A stretch of 52,099 bases of DNA, taken from Thermodesulfobium acidiphilum (GTDB lineage Bacteria; Thermodesulfobiota; Thermodesulfobiia; Thermodesulfobiales; Thermodesulfobiaceae). Of the stretch, positions 9,223-22,702 are shown piece after piece. The notes under the pieces were generated by a model. The model saw only the letters and a program-made list of their open reading frames with translations. It was not told the DNA's origin and did not search any database. Position 1 is the first letter of the stretch, and every line of letters begins with the position of its first letter. Where the stretch lies: the NCBI RefSeq assembly GCF_003057965.1, contig NZ_CP020921.1, positions 124,001 through 176,099 on the forward strand. Direction: 5' to 3'. Position numbers and translations under genes: made by a program.

Positions 9223-9672
9223 TTACCAATTTTCTATCTGTCTTAGTGCCTCGTATAAAACTATTGCTACGCTATTAGCAAGATTTAGAGATCTTGCCTG
9301 TTTTTTCATCGGAATATAGTAAGTTTTTTCTTCAAATTCTTGAAGTATTTTTTCATCTAAACCACTGCTTTCCTTGCCAAATATCAGGATACTTTCCTTA
9401 GAATAACGTCCTTTTGTATAAACATTTTTTCCAGAAGGAGTAAAAAGAAAGATATTTTTTAGGTCAAAATCATCTCTTGCTTCGTCAAAAGTTGGGTAAA
9501 ATGTAAAATCAAGATATTTCCAGTAATCCATTCCGGCTCTTTTTAACCTCTTGTCGTTTAGTATAAAGCCTGTGGGTCCTACTATGACTAATGAAACTCC
9601 TGCAGCTACACACAATCTGCCTATGTTACCTGTATTTTGTGGAATTTCAGGTTCAACCAATACAACTTTCAT
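9223..9672 (-). CDS. trmL: tRNA (cytidine/uridine34-2'-O)-methyltransferase
   Basis: VLVEPEIPQNTGNIGRLC, LKRAGMDYW, FGKESSGL, RSLNLANS; ATG 9672 after AAGGAG. Confidence 0.93.
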   Translation of the reverse strand: MKVVLVEPEIPQNTGNIGRLCVAAGVSLVIVGPTGFILNDKRLKRAGMDYWKYLDFTFYPTFDEARDDFDLKNIFLFTPSGKNVYTKGRYSKESILIFGKESSGLDEKILQEFEEKTYYIPMKKQARSLNLANSVAIVLYEALRQIENW

Positions 9673-9736
9673 TTCGTTACTAACTCCTTGTATTTTTCGT
9701 TTTTGATTATTCACAGTATTCTATATAATATAGTAA

Positions 9737-11412
<1,676 letters not shown>

Positions 11413-11498
11413 GATGGTAAATTTAGTGATAGTTATTTTTTATTGAGATATTGTGTCTGTTTTCATCAAGCACACTATTGTGTTAGAAAGGGGCTTAT

Positions 11499-12572
11499 AT
11501 GAAATTTTTAAATATAAAGGTCATTGTGCCTGCTATTTTGATTTTTCTTGTTATAGGCGGCTTAATATGGCACTTTTCGCACAGAGCTGAGCACCTATCC
11601 TTTGTTCAAGTTGATAAACAAAATACCGATAACATTACAAACCAAATAAGGTCAAAGTTAACAGGTGATGTTCTTGACGTAAAGTCTGCTTCTGATGGAT
11701 TTATAACAGGAGCATGGATAGCCTTGAAAGTGAATCCACAGAGCGATGCTTCATTTGAGTCAGAATCAAAAGAGATATTTTCTTCTTTGTTTTCTATTCC
11801 AGGGCTTGATTTTGTAGAGATAAGCTTTATAGAAAGGCCTGCTATTCATAAGTATGGTTATGGTGAAATATTTACTGCGCTTTCCACGCATAATGCTTTT
11901 AAGAATAACGTTCCTCTTGAAGACTGCGGTTATTTTTGGTCCTGGAACAATGGCAAGCCTTATTACAATGGTAAGGATCCCTTTAATAAGGTTGAGCAGG
12001 CACTCCCTATAAAACAGGGTGAGAAAAGGATATTTTTGACGTTTGACGATGGGCCGTTTCCCTTGTATTCGCTTTTGCTTGCTGATTTGATAAGACATTA
12101 CGGTCATGCTACGTTTTTTTTGGTTGGCAAGATGCTTGAAGTAAGACCGTATATAGGGAAGATCTTGCAGGATTGGGGTATTGAAATTGGATATCATTCA
12201 GAAGATCACTATAACTTTAATAAATTAGATAACGCTATGGCAAAGGATGAAATTACTCTTGAAACCGCTACCTTTAAAGCTGCAGGCTTGGATTTGTCTA
12301 AAATCAAGTGGTTTAGACCTCCTGGTGGAGATCTTGACAGTCAGAAGGAGAATCTTGTGAAAGATCTGGGACTAAAAGTAGCGTGGTGGAATGTGAACAC
12401 GGCAGATTACAAAAAAGAAACTACCAGAGAACAAATAGCAAGTTCATACCTTTCTGGTTTGAAGGATGGGAATGTGTTTCTTGGGCATCAAGGTCTCTTA
12501 AAGACTATCCAGGCCCTTGAAGTAGTTTTGCCAATTATGAAATCAAAAGGCTATAGTTTTGAAAGTTTATGA
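11499..12572 (+). CDS. Membrane-anchored polysaccharide (peptidoglycan) deacetylase, NodB/CE4
   Basis: N-terminal TM; LTFDDGP, ATFFLVG, GYHSEDH, FRPPGG. Confidence 0.85.
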   Translation: MKFLNIKVIVPAILIFLVIGGLIWHFSHRAEHLSFVQVDKQNTDNITNQIRSKLTGDVLDVKSASDGFITGAWIALKVNPQSDASFESESKEIFSSLFSIPGLDFVEISFIERPAIHKYGYGEIFTALSTHNAFKNNVPLEDCGYFWSWNNGKPYYNGKDPFNKVEQALPIKQGEKRIFLTFDDGPFPLYSLLLADLIRHYGHATFFLVGKMLEVRPYIGKILQDWGIEIGYHSEDHYNFNKLDNAMAKDEITLETATFKAAGLDLSKIKWFRPPGGDLDSQKENLVKDLGLKVAWWNVNTADYKKETTREQIASSYLSGLKDGNVFLGHQGLLKTIQALEVVLPIMKSKGYSFESL

Positions 12573-12593
12573 AAATTTTTAGGAGGATTTGAT

Positions 12594-13907
12594 TTGGCTC
12601 TTTTTGGTACAGATGGCATAAGAGGAAAGATTGGCTCAGATTTAAGCGCGAAGTTATGCTTCGATGTTAGTAGGGCTTTTGGGCATTACTTAAGAAAGAC
12701 CCTGCCGGGTTTACCTGTTCTCCTTGGGAAGGATACGAGATTTTCTGGGGATATGATTGAGTCTGCTATTTCTGCGGGGCTTAGCTCTCAGGGAGTTGAA
12801 GTTATAAAATTGGGCGTAATAACTACGCCAGGACTTCAATATTTGTGTGCCTATAAAGAGTGTGCTGGCGTAATGATAACAGCTTCTCATAACTTAGCGG
12901 CAGACAATGGCATAAAGCTCTTTTCTAAAGGTGGTCTCAAGCTCAGTCCTGAGGAAGAATCTTATCTTGAAGGTTTTATGAATAGTGATTTTAAAGAAGA
13001 GCCTCCAGCAAGAATTTATGAAGAGGACAAATTTGTCGAGATTTATCTTAACTACCTGAGGGAAAGGTCAAGAGGGATTATTGTAAAGGGTATTGTTTTA
13101 GATTGTGCCAATGGTTCTACTGTTCGCTTTGCACCTGGACTTTTCAATTACCTTCATCCAGATTTTTTGTATACTGCAGGTTGCTATCCCGATGGATACA
13201 ATATAAACCTTAATTGTGGAAGCACCCATCCTGATGTTATTTGTGATCTTGTGAGAGGACTAAACAAGCGTTCGACAATCGGATTTGCTTTTGATGGTGA
13301 TGGTGACAGGGTTATAGCCTGTGATGACAGGGGAATGATAGTTGATGGTGATGATTTCCTTGCGGTGCTTTCTTTATGGTTAAAGGTGGTAGTGGGCAAG
13401 AGAAAATTTTCTGTGGTTGGAACTGTTATGACAAATAGAGGACTCGAAGAATTTTTAAAAAAAGAAAGTATCCTTTTTTATAGATCGAAGGTAGGAGATA
13501 AAAATGTATACAGTATGATGAAAGAAAAGGGAGCGCTTCTTGGAGCAGAGACCAGCGGGCATGTAATTATAGATGGTGAGTTATGTGGCGATGGGATGCT
13601 GGCCGCGATATACCTGTTAAGAGGTGTTCATGAACTTGGTCTCAAAAGGTTGAATCTTTTTAAAAAGCATTTTCAAATTATGAAGAGCGTTAGGTTAGAA
13701 TCAAGAATTTCTTCGTTGAATCAGGAAATAATTGAGAAAATAGAGGAGTTTCAGAAGAATTTTAATGGCAGAATAGTAGTGAGACCATCAGGGACAGAAC
13801 CTCTTGTAAGGATTATGGTAGAGTCTAAAAGTTTAGAGGAAGCACAACTTGCCTGTCTAGACATTTGTAATATGTTTGAGAAGAAAGAATTTAAAACTGT
13901 TAGTTAA
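12594..13907 (+). CDS. glmM: Phosphoglucosamine mutase
   Basis: FGTDGIRG, GKDTRFSG, ITASHN, FDGDGDR, VRPSGTEPLVRIMVE. Confidence 0.9.
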   Translation: MALFGTDGIRGKIGSDLSAKLCFDVSRAFGHYLRKTLPGLPVLLGKDTRFSGDMIESAISAGLSSQGVEVIKLGVITTPGLQYLCAYKECAGVMITASHNLAADNGIKLFSKGGLKLSPEEESYLEGFMNSDFKEEPPARIYEEDKFVEIYLNYLRERSRGIIVKGIVLDCANGSTVRFAPGLFNYLHPDFLYTAGCYPDGYNINLNCGSTHPDVICDLVRGLNKRSTIGFAFDGDGDRVIACDDRGMIVDGDDFLAVLSLWLKVVVGKRKFSVVGTVMTNRGLEEFLKKESILFYRSKVGDKNVYSMMKEKGALLGAETSGHVIIDGELCGDGMLAAIYLLRGVHELGLKRLNLFKKHFQIMKSVRLESRISSLNQEIIEKIEEFQKNFNGRIVVRPSGTEPLVRIMVESKSLEEAQLACLDICNMFEKKEFKTVS

Positions 13908-13970
13908 TAGATAAAATTTTTAATTGAGTGGCGAATTTAAGTAATAACTCATTTAGGAGGAAGCCAAAAA

Positions 13971-15005
13971 ATGTCAGATAAGACAGATCAAGAAAGAAGT
14001 ATTGATTCTGCAATATCTCAAATAGAGCGCAGATTTGGTAAGGGTTCAATAATGAGACTCGGCGAGGCTGAGCCGCCAAAGGTAGACGTTATCAGTTCTG
14101 GTTCTATGGCTATTGATATTATTTCTGGGATTGGTGGGCTCCCGAGAGGAAGAATTATAGAAATTTATGGTCCTGAAGGTTCTGGAAAGACTACAGTAGC
14201 CTTGCACGCTATAGCAGAAGCTCAGAAAGCCGGTGGAGTTGCGGCTTTTATTGACGCTGAGCATGCCTTAGACGTTTATTATGCCGAAAGAATTGGCGTA
14301 AATCTTAAAAATCTTCTTATATCACAACCTACTACGGGTGAAGAAGCCCTTGAAATAGCGGATACACTTGTAAGAAGCAATGCTATTGCTATTGTTGTGA
14401 TAGATTCGGTTGCTGCCCTTATACCAAAGTCTGAGCTTGAAGGGGAGATGGGAGACGTTACAATTGCCCTGCAAGCGAGACTAATGTCCCAGGCCTTAAG
14501 AAAGTTAACAGGTACAGTAAATAAGTCAAAGACTGCGTGTGTCTTTATAAATCAGCTAAGAGAGAAGGTTAGCACAGGGTATGCTTCTGGTCCAATAGAG
14601 GTTACACCTGGTGGAAGGGCCTTGAAGTTTTATGCTTCTATGAGAATAGAAGTTAGAAGGGGAGAAGCTATAAAGAGTTCAGTAGGAGAAATTATCGGCG
14701 CTAAGATGAAAATAAAGATTGTAAAGAATAAACTTGCACCCCCGTTTAAAGAAACAGAACTGATATTAATCTATGGCCAAGGTATAGATAAAACAACTGA
14801 TCTATTTGAGACGGCGCTTAATCTTGGATTTATAACCAGGTCTGGTAGCTTTTACTACTTTAAGGACCTTAGACTCGGGCAAGGAAAGGACGCGTCAAGA
14901 ACTTTGTTGGAAGAAAATGTAGACTTGAGAAATGAAATTATGCTTGCTGTTAGAACATATTTTGAACCAGAGGCCAAATCAGCGGCAGATGAGAAAAAAC
15001 AATAA
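13971..15005 (+). CDS. recA: Recombinase RecA
   Basis: GLPRGRIIEIYGPEGSGKTT, FIDAEHALD, ARLMSQALRKL, GGRALKFYAS. Confidence 0.98.
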   Translation: MSDKTDQERSIDSAISQIERRFGKGSIMRLGEAEPPKVDVISSGSMAIDIISGIGGLPRGRIIEIYGPEGSGKTTVALHAIAEAQKAGGVAAFIDAEHALDVYYAERIGVNLKNLLISQPTTGEEALEIADTLVRSNAIAIVVIDSVAALIPKSELEGEMGDVTIALQARLMSQALRKLTGTVNKSKTACVFINQLREKVSTGYASGPIEVTPGGRALKFYASMRIEVRRGEAIKSSVGEIIGAKMKIKIVKNKLAPPFKETELILIYGQGIDKTTDLFETALNLGFITRSGSFYYFKDLRLGQGKDASRTLLEENVDLRNEIMLAVRTYFEPEAKSAADEKKQ

Positions 15006-15057
15006 CTAATATCTATTAAAAATTTTTGATGATAAACCGAAAGGGGTGATACCTTAA

Positions 15058-16601
15058 GTGGAACATGGTCTTTTAACGATTATTTTAATAATACTTATAA
15101 TAATTGGCGTTGCTGTTATATTTTATTTATATAAAAAAACTAAGGAGTTAAGATTAGAGGCAGAAAAGCTTAGTAGAGAAGCTAAAGAAGTTCTTCAAAA
15201 CAACATTAAGGAAGCCGAAAACAAGAAAAGAGAAATACTTCTTGAGGCGAAAGATGAGGCTATAAGGTTAAAGTCTGAAGCAGAAAGAGAGATAAAGGAA
15301 AGAAGAATTGAAATAAATAGGCTTGAGCAAAGGCTTTTGCGTAAAGAAGAAAACCTTGAAAGAAAACTTGAAAATCTTGAAAAAAAAGAGGAGCAGATAA
15401 ATCTAAAAAAACTTCAGATAGATGAATTGAAGGCAAAACTTGAAGGCCTTATACAAGAAAAGATGATCGAAATTGAGAGAATATCAGGCCTTACATCTGA
15501 AGAGGCACGAAATATATTGCTTGCTGAAGTAGAAAAGGAGCTTGACGTTGAGATAGCAAACAAAGTTAAAGAAGCCCAGATGAAGATCAAAGAAGAATCC
15601 GAAAAAAAGTCAAGGGAAATATTATCTCTTGCTATCCAGAGATGTGCTGTTGATCACACTATGGAGTCAACTGTTTCTGTAATTACCTTGCCAAACGATG
15701 ATATGAAGGGAAGGATTATCGGAAGAGAAGGGAGAAACATACGCTCTTTTGAAGCTGAAACGGGAGTAGAACTAATAATTGATGACACGCCTGAAGCAGT
15801 TACAATTTCTAGTTTTGATCCTATAAGGAGAGAAATTGCAAGGAGATCTTTGGAAAAACTTATATTAGATGGTAGAATCCACCCTGGAAGAATTGAAGAA
15901 ACTGTTGAGAAATCCAGAAGAGAGCTAGAACAAGAAATAAAGGAATACGGTGAAACAGTTTGTCTTGAGATGGGCATAGCAAACTTTCATCCTGAAATTG
16001 TAAGGCTTATAGGTAGACTAAAGTTTAGGACCAGTTATGGCCAAAACATATATCAACATTCTGTAGAAGTTGCTCACCTTGCTGGGATAATGGCATCTGA
16101 ACTTGGACTTGATGCAGCTCTGGCAAAGAGAGGTGGATTGCTTCACGATATTGGTAAAGCGGTAGATTTCGAAATGGAAGGTTCTCATGCCCTTATTGGT
16201 GCAGACCTTGCAAAAAGATACAAAGAGAGCCCTATAGTAGTAAATATGATTGCAGCACATCACGGTGAGGTGGAACCGATAAGTCTTGAGGCTATTCTTG
16301 TTCAGGCTGCTGATGCTGTTTCTGCGTCCAGGCCAGGAGCAAGAAGAGAATCCCTTGAGACTTATATAAAGAGATTAGAAAACCTTGAAAAGATTGCGCT
16401 TTCGTTTGAAGGGATAGATAAGTGTTTTGCGATACAGGCAGGCAGAGAAATAAGGGTTATGGTAAAGCCAGATCAGATTGATGATATTATGACACAAAAG
16501 CTTGCAAGGGATATAGCAAAACAAATAGAAGAATCATTAGATTATCCAGGAGAAATTAAAGTTTGCGTGGTGAGAGAAATTAGATCGGTTGAATACGCTA
16601 A

Positions 16602-16605
<4 letters not shown>
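15058..16605 (+). CDS. rny: Ribonuclease Y
   Basis: TM plus coiled coil, KH domain ([14 protein letters not shown]), HD domain (LLHDIGK), [10 protein letters not shown]. Confidence 0.97.
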
Positions 16606-18495
<1,890 letters not shown>

Positions 18496-18540
18496 AGTGT
18501 TTTCAATTGTGAAAATTAGTTCGAAAGGAGTTGGAAAGAT

Positions 18541-19995
18541 TTGAAATTTAGAGGATTGAGGTGGGGCATTATATTAATAGTGCTTGCAGCTGCAATTGCT
18601 ATAAATTATCTGATGCCTCTCAAAGAAGGTTTGGATTTACAGGGTGGGATGGAAGTGGTCCTTGAAGCTCAAAATACAAAGAACATTACTGTTAATAGAG
18701 AGGTAATGCAGGGAGTTAAAGCGGTTATTGAAAACAGGGTAAACGGACTTGGCGTTTCAGAACCGCTTATACAACTAAAAGGAAATAATTCCGTCCTTGT
18801 TCAGTTGCCTGGTATTAAAGATTATCAAAATGCTTTGAACGTTATAGGAAAGACTGCTTTTCTTGAGTTTAAGGAGCCAATCTATGATACTGCAACCGGT
18901 CAAATTACAGGCTGGAAAACGGTTTTGACTGGTGCTGACTTGCAGGACGCAAAGGTAGGATACGACTCGAATAGTAAACCTGTGGTAGATATAACTTTCA
19001 ACTCTGAAGGTGCAAAAAAGTTTGCTGAAGTTACAGCAAACAATATAAATAAACCTCTGGCTATCTTTCTTGATAACAAAGAAATATCTGCTCCGATAGT
19101 AAAAGAGGCTATTACAGGCGGAAAAGCTCAGATATCTGGGAATTTTACTCTTCAAAGCGCAAAGGAACTTGCAATCCAGATAAAGGCTGGCGCCCTGCCT
19201 GTTCCTGTAAAACTGGTTGAGCAAAGGGTGGTTGGGCCTACCATTGGTAAAGATGCAGTTGATTCTGGTTGGAAGGCTGGCTTTATAGGGCTTTTGCTTG
19301 TTGCTATATTTATGGTTTTGTATTATAGGCTACCAGGCTTGATTGCAGATCTTGCGCTAGTTTTGTACGGGCTTATTGTACTTGCTATATTTAAGCTTAT
19401 ACCTGTAACCTTGACATTACCAGGCATTGCAGGTTTTATATTGTCTATTGGTATGGCAGTAGATGCAAATATATTGATTTTCGAGAGATTAAAGGAGGAG
19501 CTCAGAAAGGGTCTTCCTTTAATATCAGCAATGGATTTAGGTTTTAAAAGAGCGCTGCCAGCAATTATCGATTCCAATGCCAGCACGCTCATTACTACAG
19601 CAGTTTTGTTTACGTGGGGATCCAGTATAATAAAAGGTTTTGCTGTCACTCTTGCTATTGGTGTAATTATAAGCTTTTTTACTGCTGTTATAATATCCAG
19701 AGCTTTGATGGATCTTGTGGTTCACATTGAATTTTTTAAAAAGTTAGGGTTTTATGGGGCTGGAGTTGGCATTAATGCTTCAATTACAGATGAAGTTCCT
19801 GGCGAAACTGGCATATCCTCTTCTGAAGCTTCAAAGCCAAAAACAAAAATCCCTGTTTCCTTAGTGCAAGAAATTAATAAGGATGAAAATGGAAAGGGTT
19901 CTTCTGAAGTTTTTTCTTCTGGAGAAAGGGAAAAAAAGCAAGAAAAAGTTTCAACCTCCAGGAAGGATAGAAAGGCTAAAAGGAGGAAAAAATAA
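18541..19995 (+). CDS. secD: Protein translocase subunit SecD
   Basis: GLDLQGG, RVNGLGVSEP, AGALPVP, GMAVDANILIFERLKEE. Confidence 0.96.
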   Translation: MKFRGLRWGIILIVLAAAIAINYLMPLKEGLDLQGGMEVVLEAQNTKNITVNREVMQGVKAVIENRVNGLGVSEPLIQLKGNNSVLVQLPGIKDYQNALNVIGKTAFLEFKEPIYDTATGQITGWKTVLTGADLQDAKVGYDSNSKPVVDITFNSEGAKKFAEVTANNINKPLAIFLDNKEISAPIVKEAITGGKAQISGNFTLQSAKELAIQIKAGALPVPVKLVEQRVVGPTIGKDAVDSGWKAGFIGLLLVAIFMVLYYRLPGLIADLALVLYGLIVLAIFKLIPVTLTLPGIAGFILSIGMAVDANILIFERLKEELRKGLPLISAMDLGFKRALPAIIDSNASTLITTAVLFTWGSSIIKGFAVTLAIGVIISFFTAVIISRALMDLVVHIEFFKKLGFYGAGVGINASITDEVPGETGISSSEASKPKTKIPVSLVQEINKDENGKGSSEVFSSGEREKKQEKVSTSRKDRKAKRRKK

Positions 19996-20870
19996 TGAAT
20001 ATAATTGGGCTTAGAAAGTGGTTTTATGGTTTGTCTCTATTAATAATTTTGCCGGGAATAGTTTCTCTTGTATTATTCGGTCTCAGACCTTCAATTGACT
20101 TTACTGGGGGAACTATGATACAGATGAGGCCAGAAAATCCAGTTAGCATAAGTACGCTAAGATCTGTATTAGAATCGAATAATCTCAAGGATACAATGAT
20201 CCAGCAATCGGGCAATTCCTTTATTATCAGGACAAAGCCTTTAAATATCGAGGAACAAAAAGCTCTGGTTTCGAGCCTCGAATCTAAATTAGGAAAGATT
20301 AGCTTTGACAAAATTGATATGATAGGGCCTACGGTTTCTGCAGAACTGGTCAGACAGGCAATTATCCTGGTATTTGTTGCAGCATTTCTAATAATATTAT
20401 ATCTGTCCTTTAGATATAAACCTGTTTTTGCTATATGTGGTGTAATAGCATTACTACATGACGTATTGGTTATAACCGGGCTTTTTTCAATCTTTGGGGT
20501 TCTTTTCCACGCTGAAGTTGATTCCTTATTTGTTACTGCTGTTTTGAGTACTATAGGATATTCTATGCATGATTCAATAATTATTTTTGACAGAATAAGA
20601 GAAAATATGAAATTTATAAAGAAACACACCTTTGAGGAAATTGCTAACTTCAGCACGCTTCAAACAATTTCAAGGTCAATTAATACCTCATTTACTGTTG
20701 TGCTAGTTTTAATATCTCTACTTATATTCGGTAGCCCTGTGATAAAGTGGTTTATAGTAGCTCTATTGATAGGTATTATTAGCGGAACGTATTCTTCAAT
20801 ATTTAACGCTACAGCTCTGGTAGTGGATTGGACAAACTTTAGGAAAAAGATGAAAGAAAAGTCTAAATAA
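19995..20870 (+). CDS. secF: Protein translocase subunit SecF
   Basis: IDFTGG, ALLHD, GYSMHDSIIIFDRIREN, GTYSSIF. Confidence 0.96.
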   Translation: MNIIGLRKWFYGLSLLIILPGIVSLVLFGLRPSIDFTGGTMIQMRPENPVSISTLRSVLESNNLKDTMIQQSGNSFIIRTKPLNIEEQKALVSSLESKLGKISFDKIDMIGPTVSAELVRQAIILVFVAAFLIILYLSFRYKPVFAICGVIALLHDVLVITGLFSIFGVLFHAEVDSLFVTAVLSTIGYSMHDSIIIFDRIRENMKFIKKHTFEEIANFSTLQTISRSINTSFTVVLVLISLLIFGSPVIKWFIVALLIGIISGTYSSIFNATALVVDWTNFRKKMKEKSK

Positions 20871-20886
20871 AGAAGGATAAAAGTTT

Positions 20887-21840
20887 TTGTTTTTAAAAAA
20901 GGAAGAATACTTCGCGTATATAGCGGCATTTTTGACCTTTGTTAGCGCATTAATTAGAGTATATGCAGGTTATTTAACCTCATCTCTTGCTATTACTGCC
21001 GAAGGCTTTCATGCCATTACTGATGTAGTCTTAAGCTTTGTAGCTGCAATAGCCTGTATTGAGGCAAGAAAACCTGCTGACAGAACTCATCCCTATGGTC
21101 ATGGAAGAATAGAGGATCTTTTTATATTATTAGAGTCACTTGTTCTCTTAACTCTTGCAAGCTTTATTCTTTTTGAGGCAATTACAAAAATTAATAAGCC
21201 TACATTTAAGATGGATCCCATTTCAATGGTTATCTATGCCTTTACTCTTGTTTTAGTCTTGTTTGGATCTTTGTTTGAAAAATATGGCGCGAAGATTTTT
21301 GATTCCAACGTCCTAAGAGCTGACTCTATTCATCTAATGGCAGATGTATTTGTAGGTTTTGCAGTTTTAATAGGTCTTTTTGTTGAAGAAGTTTTTTCTT
21401 TGCATTTTTTGGATGCTTTTATGTCTATTTTAATTGCCCTATGGATACTTAAAACTTCACTGTCATTGGGTTTTAGATCGATTTCCTCAATAATGGAAAC
21501 AAGAGTTGTAGAAGTAGAGTCGTACTTAAAATCTCAGTGCACGAATGTACCTGGATTATTATCGGTTCATGCAATAAGAACAAGAAAATCTGGAAATGAA
21601 GTATATCTTGACCTTCATCTAGTTTTTCCTGCCTGTTTTACGCTTTACCAGGCGAACGAGTATGCAGAGAAATTAGTGTCCTGCCTGAAAAAGAGGTTTG
21701 AAAATCTTGATATAGTCTTTAGATTGGACTCTTGTATAGAAAAGGGTTCTAATTGCAATAAAAATTGCAAGAGATATGATGATATGTGCTTGTTGAAAAA
21801 TAATTTAAACAAAAATAGTAAATGCCCTTTAGTAAAATGA
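20887..21840 (+). CDS. Cation diffusion facilitator (FieF-like) transporter
   Basis: AEGFHAITD, KPADRTHPYGHGRIE, LRADSIHLMAD, RTRKSG..DLHL; Cys-rich tail. Confidence 0.9.
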   Translation: MFLKKEEYFAYIAAFLTFVSALIRVYAGYLTSSLAITAEGFHAITDVVLSFVAAIACIEARKPADRTHPYGHGRIEDLFILLESLVLLTLASFILFEAITKINKPTFKMDPISMVIYAFTLVLVLFGSLFEKYGAKIFDSNVLRADSIHLMADVFVGFAVLIGLFVEEVFSLHFLDAFMSILIALWILKTSLSLGFRSISSIMETRVVEVESYLKSQCTNVPGLLSVHAIRTRKSGNEVYLDLHLVFPACFTLYQANEYAEKLVSCLKKRFENLDIVFRLDSCIEKGSNCNKNCKRYDDMCLLKNNLNKNSKCPLVK

Positions 21841-21989
21841 TTTTTATAGCAGTTTATTATATGTATTACAATAAAAAAAATAATGGAGGCAAGGTATAAG
21901 GAGTGCTAAATTTGTTTGAAATTTTGCTTATACAACTAAGATTTCGTTCTTTAATTATATTTTAATCAATTTTACATAAGCTAATAAAT

Positions 21990-22679
21990 ATGAAAAAGAT
22001 TATATTTTGTGATTTTGACGGAACAATAACGAAAAAGGATACTGTAGATGATTTCCTGAGGAAATTTGCAATGCCAGAGTGGGAAAAGATAGAACTTCTC
22101 TGGCAACAGGGTAGTATTGGGTCAGATGAATGTCTTAGAAGGCAACTTGCCTGTGTAAAGCATGTTACTTTACAAGATATTTACAACTTTCTTGATAGTG
22201 TAGAGATAGATAACAGCTTTATAGATTTTTATGAATTTGTAAAGGGTAAAAATATTGATTTTATCGTTTTAAGTGATGGATTTGATTTATTTATTAATTA
22301 TATATTTAAAAAGTTAAAGTTAGATATTAGATTTTTCTCTAATTCTTTAACTTATAAACAGGGAAAATTGAGTATAGATTTTCCCTATAGAGATAGTTTA
22401 TGTCAGGTTTCGTCTGGAATGTGTAAGTGTAAAATTATCGAGAAATATTCTAATAAGCAATTTGTATATTATATAGGCAACGGTAGATCTGACTTTTGTC
22501 CTGTAAAATTAGCTGATTTTATATTTTCAAAGGATGAACTTACTAGATTTTCTTTTGTAAAGGGTTATAATTTTTTTAATTTTGATAGTTTTTCAGAGAT
22601 TAAGGACTTTATTTCTCGTCGTGTATTAGATAATAATACTTTTTATAAGAATTTCCAATCTATTTTCAGTTTGCTTTAG
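21990..22679 (+). CDS. HAD-IB phosphatase (MtnX-like)
   Basis: FCDFDGTIT, VLSDG, GMCKC, YIGNGRSDFC. Confidence 0.85.
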   Translation: MKKIIFCDFDGTITKKDTVDDFLRKFAMPEWEKIELLWQQGSIGSDECLRRQLACVKHVTLQDIYNFLDSVEIDNSFIDFYEFVKGKNIDFIVLSDGFDLFINYIFKKLKLDIRFFSNSLTYKQGKLSIDFPYRDSLCQVSSGMCKCKIIEKYSNKQFVYYIGNGRSDFCPVKLADFIFSKDELTRFSFVKGYNFFNFDSFSEIKDFISRRVLDNNTFYKNFQSIFSLL

Positions 22680-22702
22680 GAAATTATTTAGGAGGAAAAT
22701 TA

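Noticed and set aside
13908-13970. Possible LexA/SOS box upstream of recA
   Set aside because: No GAAC-N4-GTTC or CTGT-N8-ACAG; only a short TGAGT/ACTCA inverted pair.
20024-20656. 210-aa antisense ORF (and similar ones at 41048-41605, 18775-19224, 11766-12197, 5311-5724)
   Set aside because: Shadow ORFs opposite well-supported genes; no motifs or RBS.
21990-22679. Assignment as mtnX of methionine salvage
   Set aside because: No mtnW/B/D/K context in the window; only the family is supported.
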